Of a stretch of DNA of 64,000 nucleotides, positions 25,801 through 38,100 are shown in pieces (the first letter of the stretch is position 1; every line of letters begins with the position of its first letter). The stretch is from Bugula neritina (Eukaryota; Animalia; Bryozoa): contig OZ037767.1 in assembly GCA_964035545.1 (NCBI GenBank), positions 2,615,680 through 2,679,679 on the forward strand, written 5' to 3'. The translations under genes were made by a program, and so were the position numbers. The notes below the pieces were generated by a model. That model ran no database searches, had not been told where the DNA came from, and was given only the letters and a program-made list of their open reading frames with translations.

Positions 25801-28767
25801 CATTTCTAATGTGATTTTTAATTTAAATTGAGTTTTGTAGAATAAGCATATTTTAGTTAAATTTTTGCATTTACTTATTCAGAATTCGCTTTTTAAATTT
25901 ACAATACTTCTTACTTCTTGGAGTTACACTTCAGTTACACTTACTGTTAGTGTTACTGTTAGTGAGACTGAGTACTTATAGTTATTTAGTTATTAAGTGA
26001 TTAACGTTTATACTTATAGTTATTATAATTCTTACGCTTAGCACAGATCAGATTGACAATGAATTTTACATTTACTTCTAGTTTTACATTGAAACTACAA
26101 GTATAACTAACATTAAATTTAATAAACATTTACATTAGATCTGATAATCACTAAAATGATAATGATAATCAGATCATAAATTAATCATTTTTACAGGTAG
26201 TATTAATTTAAATAATATCAAAATTAAATTCAATATGATAATATTTCATACTGGTAGTTATAATACTGTTACTATTCATGCTTATACTCAATATTGTGGT
26301 GCCAAGCATTTATATTGTGTTGTTGATTTGTAATGAATAAATATCAGTTTATGTCTTTATATTTGACATTAGAAATCACAAAAAGTATCCTTAAAAGAAT
26401 GCCATTATGTGATAGGCTAGCTATTAACATTAATCAATTGAAATGATATCTAACATCTGTTCATTAATGTAGTACTAAGCAAAGTGCTAAGAGCTCAGCT
26501 TGATTAAATTTGAGTTCAAAACTTCATTTGTATAAAAGTTGCATATTTTTACTATGCTAATATTTAGCTGTAGTTTAAGTGTGTTGTGATCTTGAAGTAA
26601 CCTACAAACTGAATATATGTATATCAATTGTAAATATTATGTTTTCATGCTGATCAGTTTGCTGTTATAAGACATTTGTCAACATTGTTTAAAAGTATTT
26701 GATTTATTAATAATAATGTAAAGATTTAATAAAACCTAATGATTTGATCTAATAAATTAGAGTGAAATATTTTTTTTAATTTTGTATTAGCTTTAGCAAG
26801 CTTCAACCTCAATTTTCTAAAAGAAAACCCGTCTTTGCTTATGTTACTGAAACACTGATTGCAGTCAGTACAAATTAGTATAGGCAAGTAATGCCATAAA
26901 TACTGAAACCTTTTTGTATGACGTCTTTTTATGCTATTCTTTGTTCTGTAGCTGCTTTTCTATTTGCTAAATCACTAAGGCTGGTGGCGTTTAACACGTG
27001 CTGTTAGATAACAGTAAGTGTGTGTAAATTACGAGATACCATCTAGCTTACACATGTATATGGTTATGAAGATGTGGTTTCTGTTAGTACAGGTTTTTCT
27101 ACGATGTTAGGGTAAATAAATTATGTTTATAGTATTGAACTTTCAACTGTTCCCTCTATAAAATATTATATAGAAATATCAGTATGCTTAATTAGTTTAA
27201 CTTCCCTTCTTGTAGATTTTGTTCAATTTCTTTAGTGCTTGTTTTATAAGTTTTTTTTTTAAGAAAAATTTGGTTCTAAAATAAAATAGTAGTAGTTATA
27301 TTGCTATGTATCTCCATTTTAGTGTTTTTATTGTAAACTTCTTAATAATTATTATACCTGGTTTTCATATGATCACTATACCCAAAGGATTTACAATTTA
27401 AGAACATGGAGCATTCAATTTTAACATAAGCCTACCTCTATCAGTAACATAAAATAGAGTTACTTACCAACAAGCTTTTGAAGTTTTCAATTGAATATTA
27501 ATATAAGTACAATTAAAAATACTATCATAAGTTTAGCTTTAGATTATGCAATGTTTGCCAAAGCCTGTTAAGTAAAGTATTATTAATTTATGTTTACTTT
27601 TGTAAATATTTGTCAATGGGTGAGGTCACTCAGCTAATAAATCTTCAAGTTAAGGAATGTCAACAATCACTATTGAATATTAAATTATGAATGGAGCTGA
27701 GAGTTTTCTACCCTAATTGAGTTAGATTGAGGTAATTTACTGACGTCTATAGTACGTCGTATATTTCTATGTACAAACTATTAATAAGTAGTCTTGATGC
27801 AGTGCATTTATTAGTAGCTTATTTATACTCATTTTTATGACCTTTTTTCAATGGGTTCCAGTTTGAAGTAAAAAGTTTTTGGGTGATATAAATTTTAAAA
27901 TTATAATTTTAATATAATGTATAATATATTTTTTGAATATTTAACATGATATTCCGTGCCATAATTGACAACTCCATGGCTAATTTCTAATAAATTTATC
28001 AGAAAAGTCACCAGTAGGCTATTGAACTTTTGAAAGCTAGTTGTTGTTATACGTTTTAGGGATTTGATCAGTCACCTTTATTATGAAAATTATGAACTCA
28101 AGTAACTAAGTTGGTATTTTTTATGCAATATTTTAAAAGTTTTCAAATGTAATTAACTTTACTGCCCTGGAGTTATGCGTTGAATACTGTTTCCATTCAA
28201 CATTCTGTTTTTATATTAGGTGAATTTCTGGTCAACTATAATAATTGGTATATTTATTCATAAGTTGTGTATAATATTTAATTTCTATAGAGCTTTGTTA
28301 TAGGGCTTGCACAATGTATAAAAAAGGCGATTTGCCCTCACAGTTTTGCTAACCAAGTATGTATATAGATAAATACAAGGCAAATATAGTTCACTGTTGT
28401 AGTGTACTGCATAAAGGAAACTCATTGAGTATAACTGTATAAAGAATCTTAGCTTGTTGTTATTACAAAACCTATTGCTAGCATTATTTGCTGTAATAGG
28501 CGTTGGACAAAATTTACTAATTGAGAAGACATCCTGAGAGCGACGATAAAAGATCTTGTATTTATTGTTAATTCTTAAATATATTATGCAATATTAGGAA
28601 TTATATCTGTGGCAATTTGTTTAATGCGTTTTGCGGCTGCATTTATAAATAAAATGTACTGAATTTTATCATGTATCAAATAAACTGCAAACTATCATTG
28701 TTTTGGTACTTTAGATAAAGTATTTAATTATTTGCTTTTTATTGTCGCAGAAATTTACTTACACCAA

Positions 28768-29013
28768 ATAGTAAACTATAGTCCCAAATGCTACGTAGCC
28801 TAAACTGATGTAACCTAACTAACAACATAGTCGCTGTAACTGGGACCACTTTCCCAGTCCACAAGTAGCAATACTAACTTTGCACACCCTTTTATCCTCT
28901 TTGTGGGTTAAAGTAGTTTGTTTGTTGGGTGGGTGAATTGACACTAATAGACCCAGTATAGCGTATAGTCCATTATACTGCGTTACAATAGGCCGACTGC
29001 TACAGTTTACTGT
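28768..29013. mobile_element. Possible old MITE
   Basis: Imperfect inverted termini atagtaaactatag / ctacagtttactgt; no clear TSD. Confidence 0.3.
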
Positions 29014-29198
29014 TTGCAGTGTATCTAAGGCATAATCTAATTAATTGTCAAGTACTGCTATCAGCTACAAGCTCTCCATTCATAGAAGGTATTTATCGGC
29101 TGCCTTCGTGCACTGCTGCCGAAACAGTCAACAGCGGCAGCATGAGGGGCTCACCGTCATCCACTGCTACCTTTGTATACTCTTACAGGGACATCATC

Positions 29199-32100
29199 AT
29201 GCCGTCTGGGTCTAGGAAATCATCAGCTAAGGCAGATAATACAGATGTGGAGCTGAGTTCTTGTATAAAAGAGGTAAGATTGTGAAAATTGTTGCAGTTA
29301 TGCTATACTTTTCACATTTGTTTATAGAAAAATCATGCAGTTTCTTCAAATATATTATTCACAGCATAAATTGGAAAACTTGGTGCTTATAGTTATACTT
29401 GTGACTGCAAACATTTAATAAGAAGTAAGCTCTGATAAAATAAAGTAAGATTTTATTAGAATAGAATGGACTATATAATACTCATACTGGATATTTTATA
29501 TTTGATGTATATGAAAACCCCCTTGACAAGTTGATTAGACTTAGTGCACAAGTTGCTGCCGAATAAACTTCTGTATTTCTATTAATATCTTGTGGAGCTT
29601 TTACTTTTAGCTAGTTTAAGGCCAAATGTAGTGTTTTAAGGTTAATGGATGTTTGTTCAGTAAACATAGTATTCTCTGACAGCATAGTAAACATGATATA
29701 TCATGCTTACTATTCTTTGGCTCTCTTATTCCTCAGATGTAAATTTTTATATATTTTCATATGCAGTTGGTAGTATTTTCATAGAGTTGGTGTGCAAACT
29801 TAAAGTTACCTAAGATAGAGATAATTTCGAGAAACTTGGGTGCATAAAATAGCCTCAGCGTATGCTAATAGTAATTACATTAGGGGAGGTCTAGGCTACG
29901 TAAATAATCTCGTCAACTTCAATATAGCTACTTAGGCTTTTCATTCCTATATACCTGCTTATAGACAGCAGCCACTGGGTGTCGCTGTCTATTCATTTAC
30001 CTACAAGCAATTTATCACCACAGGTAGCTAAATGGGTGCATTAATTCATGTTTATTTACTATTCTATTCATGACCTACTGCATTGATTTCTAATGTGACA
30101 TTGATTTCTTATGGTGTTGGGTTGCGATCTCTATCAGATACAAAAACAAAGTTAATTGCTATTCATTCCTGGTCTCACATTACCTGACCGCTACAAAGAA
30201 ATAGCTAGACACTCTATACCACTGTACTTAGTAATCTGCAACTTGAGCTTCTGCATTTGTTAACATTTTTAATTCACATTTTTAACAGCTTTTCACTTGC
30301 TACTTTTGTGGTCGAAAATTGTTTGCAAATATAATAGTGGAATCAAAATCTATTTTGGCCCCTGTACTGTGTGTAGGTGCTTTTGAAATTTAAAAAATTT
30401 GCTAATAAATATTTAAACAGAATGTGTTACACTTTTGTAATACATTAATGTAATACACTAATGCAATGTTTATCACAAGGTTTGTATAAATATGTTGAAA
30501 TATTATTGCAGTACCTGGAAGTGAAGAAGCTGAATGAAACCGTCCACACCTTTATAGAAGAATGCCAGCGCTATGGCTTTAAACTGCCTGAGTCTGCCGG
30601 TGGTAGAGGGGGCAGCCCTAAATGGGTTACTATTCATGTTAGTTCACTCTTCTAGTCTTGCCTATTATTGCATTTTTTCTATTAATGAGTAAAATTCCAA
30701 GTTTTGCTGAGTTTTATGAGTAAAAGTTGTTGTAAAGCCAAGACTTAATATAAAGATGGAGATTACTTGGCTAATTTTAATATAAAAACTTGACTGTCAG
30801 TAGAGTTGAATTAATGCTACACCTACAGTTTATTCTAGAACCATCTTTTCAAACTCTGAAGCTGAAACTTATACTCTAACCTGTTTGCTCAGGTGGAGAT
30901 GATGAGACTGTTTACCCAGGGATCATTTCACGAGTTCTTTCAACTGTGGGATGAGCATCTCTCAGACCCTGTGAAACAGGATGTGACATCACAGAAACTC
31001 GAGTTCAGGCTGAATGTTTATTTTGCCGTGTATCCACTTCTAAAAGGCAGTGCATTGGGAAATCAGGTAGAACTTTCCTTTGTATTGGAACTCTTCTAAT
31101 CTTTTTACAACTTATTCCAGAACCTTCTAGCATGTGTTCTATTTCCATGCTGACTTACTTCTGTGGAGTTAGTTACTCATCTCTTAGTCGCATCAAACTG
31201 ATGATTGTGTTAATGTACTGTAAAACAACTCATAACACTACCTCCTTTACACTAGAGATCATCATACTATTCTATGGTAATACACCATACATGTGTGACT
31301 CTTGTAGTCCCCCACATCCATGCTGGAGCAGGGAATGGCCAACATGAAGTATTATCTGGAGACTAAAGGGTCAAATCTGAGTCAATCCGCAGAATTTTTG
31401 CCATTTTTCGCTCTCCCCTTTATACCCAACCCGAGGTCACACCCATCTCTGCAAGAAATATTTCAGGTTGGGATCTTTATGCTGGACTATGTGATACATT
31501 CTTTGTATACTGTTTAAATATCAGAGGCTTATTTAGTATCACTTTAGCTTGTGGCTAGAAACATTTCTCACTATTAAATGTGCATCAATGATGGCCAACA
31601 CACATCTCGGTGGTTAACTGAAACATATTGAGTTTCTGATGTCATTTTTGAAGGCCAATGTGGTTTAGGCAAAGGAAATCCTTGGCTCTTTAAAGCTTTA
31701 GCATCACAAAACTTATAACCTAAAACAACCCAAGTTTTAGCTTCCAATCTATTATAGCATTCTATTAGACAGTTGAATAGTTTGAGTATAAATGTTTTAC
31801 TTCACACCGTAGGATTCGTGGACCTCCGAGCTTCAGTCTACTCTGGATGATTTCTTGTCAGAAGCACTCCGTTCCTCTTCTAAGCCGAGATTATACGAGA
31901 TTTTTGTGGCCGGGACTAGTGAACAAGGTGAGAGGTAACCATAGTAACTAAGGTTTGTTAGCATATGGTTGCTATGGTAACCGTGGTTGCCATGGTGATG
32001 ACTAACTGAATATATTAGCACTAACTGTGGATGCCATAGTAACTGTTTAGAGTGGTTTAAAATAGCGGAAATGTGAAACTTTAAACATTCTGGCTCTGTT

Positions 32101-35100
32101 TATTTGATTGGGATATGTCAAGGTCAAATATTGTTGAAACAGTTGTGTGGACTGTAGGTCATGATAGCTGGTGGATGGTGACAATGTTTAGATGTTAACT
32201 AGGTTGTTGTTTCAGCTAATGAATTTGAGTAAAGTTTACCATATTTAAATTTCTGCCTTGTTAAATTTCCTGTAGGTAAAAGTTTAATTATATTTCCTGC
32301 TGCGTAGGTAAAAATTTAGTTAAGATTATTATTATGCAGGTAAAATTTTAGTGATCTATGCTATTATGCAGGTAATAAATTATCCCAAAAGCAAACTCAG
32401 CAGCAAATATATGACTCTGAAAAGAGAGCTATGATGTACAACAGAAAATACCAGAAACTGCAGGCTGATTATCATAGCCTCATAAGTATAGCGGCTGATC
32501 TTATAGACTCTTTAGAGCAAGCTGTGCAAGGCCACCCTGTAAGTATGAGATGAGATACAGAACGGCTTTTAGGCTAAACTATTCTGTAACAATCCAATTT
32601 GCTATACTATTTGCATTGTTTGTATATAACTGTGCTACTGCATATACAATAAGTCTCTTGATATTGATCCAGCTAGGGTGGGACTGAAATTCCTCTAAAG
32701 TTGTCATGACTCTACACAATATCTCCACACTTCTATCATTTGGGATTTGCATAATCAATATAAATGTTCTATAATAGTTGTCTTTTTATATCGGAGCTAT
32801 GCACTTTAATAATGGTTAACACTGTTTTGAACTTTTTCATTCGAAAAATCATATCATAAAAATATAATGAGCTGCTTCGACTGAAAAGACCTAATTTTCA
32901 TGCTGACGTATGTAATACGCTGGGTTCTACTTCACATCACACCTTCTGATTATATTTTCTGCAGATTGATATGGATTTCCTGCAAACAATGTGTGAACGA
33001 TTGTTTGCTAATCAGCTTCACCAGAGTGTGTCAGCGAGTGTAGATCTAAGGCGTCCGGGGACGGCTGGTAACATGCTCCGACAATCTATAGCCGTCAACA
33101 AGGTACTTAGTCTATGTTTCCAAACATGCTGCAACCAGCAGTTCAGCATGTAATGTAATATAATGATTATGATATAATGCAATATATTACATAATATTAG
33201 AATATATACAGAGCTCACTATGCAAAGAGAACTCTAAGGATTGTTCTGCAAAACCCACACTTTTGGAAATATCTGTGGAAAGTGTTGAGGTGCAAATTTG
33301 GGTCTGAATTTCTTATGAAATGTTGAGATAATTTCTATTTGTTTTTTATTATTCAAAATTTTGTTCTGTTCTATTCTAACTGATTTACTTTAAGCTGCTG
33401 TTCTTGATTTGCGTACATATTTTACTTTCAAAGAAAAACTTCTCTGTGAATTTCTGTACCCCATTTACAATATTATTATTATTATAGCATCAGTATGTAA
33501 GAAAGTTGATATATACAACTGCAGGTAAATGCTGCAGTCGTGGACCACCTGCATATGGGAGATATAGACTATGATAAAGTAAAGTACGTGATGACGGATG
33601 GAGAGAATGAACAAAGAGCGTTGCTGCTTCAAGCATTGCGATGGGTACGCCAATACCAAGCACTATTAGCCTGTCTTACAAAGACATTATCATTGCTTTC
33701 ATGTCATATAAAAAGTAATATACACATTTTTAAGCAGCTGCTACTTAAATTAATTCGTATTGAAAGTGTTAGATTTGGTTGGGTGCTGACTATATAATAA
33801 GAATCACTTATTCCAGAGCCAATTTGCTTTGAAGTTGTCTTTCCATTTAAGCATGTCCTATGAAGAGTTGTCTACTCTAACATATGGCTTGCTTTTTGCC
33901 CTAGGCCTTTTGTTCCTAACACTTGTGAGTCAATGTAGCTTACAAGAGTATAATTTAAATGGGATTTCAGCCAAAAAAAGTTATTTACAAATTAGAATAT
34001 AATCTATTATAAAGATATAACTGCATATGTTTTCAGTACTTTTCAGCTTTTACCATCACAAATCATTTAAACATGGTCAAAGATTCTGTTTTATTCGGTG
34101 ATGCTACGTAATATTATGTTGTTGCAATAATATGGTGAACTATGGGGCACTTATAGGCGTATGCTTTATTGATATCCGTTTTACTAAGTACCTCATTGAT
34201 ATCTTCAGTATAGTTTTACCACATTACTACTTCTAGAAACTGACAAAAGCTGCTCCGAATGAGAGAGATCAAGTTCTCACAGCTTTCATCAGACATGACC
34301 TCCTGGGGTGTACACAGCCAGGGGTTCACAGGGTAAGATTTATTGTCAGCATTGGGGGGGGGGGGGGGCGAGGGGAATCATGGTATGAAACCAAGTGATT
34401 CTATAAAATACCATACTATATACCTGTAGTTTGGCTGTATGGTAAAACTGTTGGACAACATATGTTAGGACATTGTAACCAATGAACTAAAATTTCTTTA
34501 TAGTTATAGTATAGGGGTTATAGTTCAATGATTGTAGCCATCACATTGTGACTGTCACATTATAGTCATTGCATTGTAACCATTATATCATACTTGTTAC
34601 ATCATGATTCTTATATCATGACTGTTAGATTGTGTCCGTTATATCTTGATTGGTTAATTACTGTGACTTGTGACACTGTTACTTGTGACATTGTGACCGT
34701 GACATTGTGACCGTGACATTATGACCGTGACATTGTGACACTGTGACATTGTGACCGTGACATTGTGACCGTGACATTGTGACTGTGACCGTGACACTGT
34801 GACATTGTGACCGTGACATTGTGACCGTGACATTGTGACTGTGACCGTGACACCGTGACACTGTGACCGTGACATTGTGACCGTGACATTGTGACCGTGA
34901 CATTGTGACCGTGACACTGTGACCGTGACATTGTGACTATTACAGAGGGGAATGATGTCACTGTTCAGATGTGAAGATGAGGTTGTCAAACAATACACTG
35001 CTAGATTATTTAATGCCTTCGCTAGTCTCTCTAAAGGTAAGTTTGTACACTGTAGTAGCTTAGTCAAGGGGGAGGGGGGGTTAGCTTTATATCCACCCTT

Positions 35101-38100
35101 TCTCATGACACATGAATTGCTGCAAGTATCTTTATCTGTTGCCACTGCAGGTCGTACGTATCTGTCACATAACGAGGAATTGCTGAGGGCGTTGGTCGAG
35201 AATCTGAAAGCAGAGGACCGAGATACCATCACCCGTGAAAATGTACTAGGTGCTCTTCAAAAACTCAGTCTAAGGTATATTCTCCTATATTTTTATATGA
35301 TCATGTCATTTATCATACTGTGGTGTGATTGACTTGTATTACATAATAATTTTTTATACTAATAGGTTATCAAGTTATGCTACTATATTGTTTTGTTATT
35401 ATACTTTCTATTATACTATTACGTTATTATACTTCTTTATTTTAATATTATATTTATTATTATATATACTAGTATATTATTATACTCAGGGATGTAGTGG
35501 CAAAAATATTCTAGGCCATACTCTCAGGCCGGGGGTCCAGGGGGCCGCCAGGCCCCCGGTGGGGTGCGGGGCAGCGCTCCGGCCGCCGAAGCCCTCAGAG
35601 CGCTTCTGATGCAAATTTATGCAATTTAAAGCCATTGTGAATTATAATTCTTCTGAAAAAAATCTGTGTTGAAATGTGCACCTCGCTATTATTTTCATAC
35701 CATACCAGCTACATGACGACTGGACATTGCTGCAAACTATATAAATACTCAGGCTTGTCCCATACTTGTTGACTGTAATGTAATGTAGTCTTACTCAACT
35801 GCAGTTAAGTTTGTTCTGACACTAAGTCCAACCTGTACAGAAAAATTGCTGGATATCTCAAAAAGATGAAAGGATAGAGGCAGGTAACAAGTGCTCCCCA
35901 AATGCAACCTGATTACTTTAAATAACTAATACACTGCCGTGCACAGAAAAAGAATAATAGATCAGAACAGAGGAAGATTGCTAATCAGAAAATGTGTGTT
36001 GGTTATTTATAAAGAGCAATTTGAATTGATAACTCATTGGCAAGCAGAAATTGGTTGAAAACCTATTTGGAGTTTATTAGAGTACTTGTCTAATCCATAA
36101 GGTGATACCACCACACCTCCTTACACATAATAAAGCACACCCAAGAAGAGTATGTTAACTTGGTTTTAAAATAAAACCCCTGAGCTTCCACTAGATACAT
36201 CAAGGAAATATACCCCAAAAGAACAAATTTGACAGGTTTAATATGTGTTAACCTAGGTCCTAGAAGATGATTAAATGTAAAGCCAGACGTTAGTACAATC
36301 AAACATAAAAGGTTACTTATGGTGGTGTACAGTTTGCAAACCCTTATTGCATTAATAATTAACATGCAATAACGCTAGGTTTTTGACCAAAATGTGGATA
36401 TAGTACCTGTAGACCTCAGTGATGAATTTTCATTAGCCTCTCCTACACACCTGGTACTGTTTCTTGAAGACATTTTGATTTTATTTCTGGATTTCATGTT
36501 GGTTTTTTCCAAATTCCATTGCTTATTGACAAAATGCAAGTCTACGCAAGATAGATAAGGGCAACCTTCTAGTTGTCACAGCCTTGCTGAGGCCACATTA
36601 TTGGTATATTATAAGAATTCAGTCCAGCAAAATAAAACCAGCTCACTTAATTGTGCTAGAATTAAAATTTAAAAACCATGTTTTAGATCTTCCTGTTCCT
36701 CAGAGCACCTGCTTTTTTGAGTTTTCAATATTTTTTTGCAAAGTTAGACAAAAGTCTACCCATTTTTGGCCAATTTTACCTGAAAAGTTTATTTTTCAAT
36801 CCCTGCCAAATATCTCAGCAGGAAAGCATGGTATTCGAATAGAACAAACACTGTTGGAAACCTGAGAAATTTATGCATGGAAATTTTTTTTATCTTTTCA
36901 ATAGCCTTCATAGATTTTCTACAAGTTAGTGATTTACACACTGAAAATGAAATATTTTTTCCTTAGTAATCACCAATGCGCAGCACTTCGCGCTTCAGTG
37001 AACATTTAGAGATGAGAAGATGGAATGTTGATAGCTGCATATTATTCATAGTGTAATCTCAGGCTAAACAATCACAAGTAGGCAACACGCATGCCACCCA
37101 CATAGCATCAACATAACAAGAACTTAAATTAGATTGTGAGCGAAATTTATGATATTCTCAGTGAGGATGCCCAAACTATCCTGTGCACTAATCATCTTTC
37201 AAAAATAATTATGCCCATACGGGCGTATGGCCTAGAACAGTCTATTTTCTTCTAGGCCTTACCCCTCATTCACACTTACCGTATCGTACGTCGTAACAGC
37301 AAAAATAAAATGGCGACGCTGTTGCATTTTGTCAACGGGTGTTCACACATTGCCGTAAAAGTACAATGCATGACGTTGAGCTGTGACCAATCATGATAAG
37401 CCAACTCGTGTCTGCGGTGATTCGAACGCCTTTGAAAATTATTTACAAATTATTCGCAACATTCTTATCAAAAGATGTTATACAAATGCTATTTACTAAA
37501 TAAAAGCAATTACATAAAAAGAATCTTTCTTTTAAATATATTCGTTTTTAAAATAATTGTGCAAACTAATTTAAATAATGAATATTTAAGCCGTCCAAAT
37601 CATTTTTAAGTTTTTGGTTTGCTTAATTTTGGGATTAAGGAAAGCTAGATTTTTAAGCTAAGTTTAATTCAAACAAGCCGGATAAAGATTTTTTAATCTT
37701 TTAAAACTTTTGAATTGATTAAATTAAATCAAAAATAAGCGATTAAAATAAACTAGCGAAAATGTTCTTTAAATTTTAGTACCAGATCAACTCTACCCAA
37801 TAGGAGCCCGCCGTGATTTTTTGAATCAAGCACTGCTTGATCAGCGCCGCAACGTATACCGGAGTACGATTTATTCCGGATGTTAACAAGAATCGCTAAA
37901 ATCTGCTGTTACGGCGTACGGTACGGTAAGTGTGAATAGGGGGATACGGCGTATGGGACCGTATGGGTACCACTACATCCCTGATTATACTACTTTAACA
38001 TCCTACTGCTATTATTATTGTGTAACCTAATCTATTGAGCATTAGCTGACACTTTTCTATCGGCTTTTAAACAATTAAATTTTGAAATTATGTTGGTTTG

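Noticed and set aside
26400-28700. Hidden gene in the long AT-rich stretch
   Set aside because: No coherent exons or recognisable motifs found; most likely the ARMC9 5' intron.
34654-35232. Minus-strand repetitive ORFs ([14 protein letters not shown])n
   Set aside because: Produced by a 14-bp minisatellite antisense to an ARMC9 intron; no gene structure.
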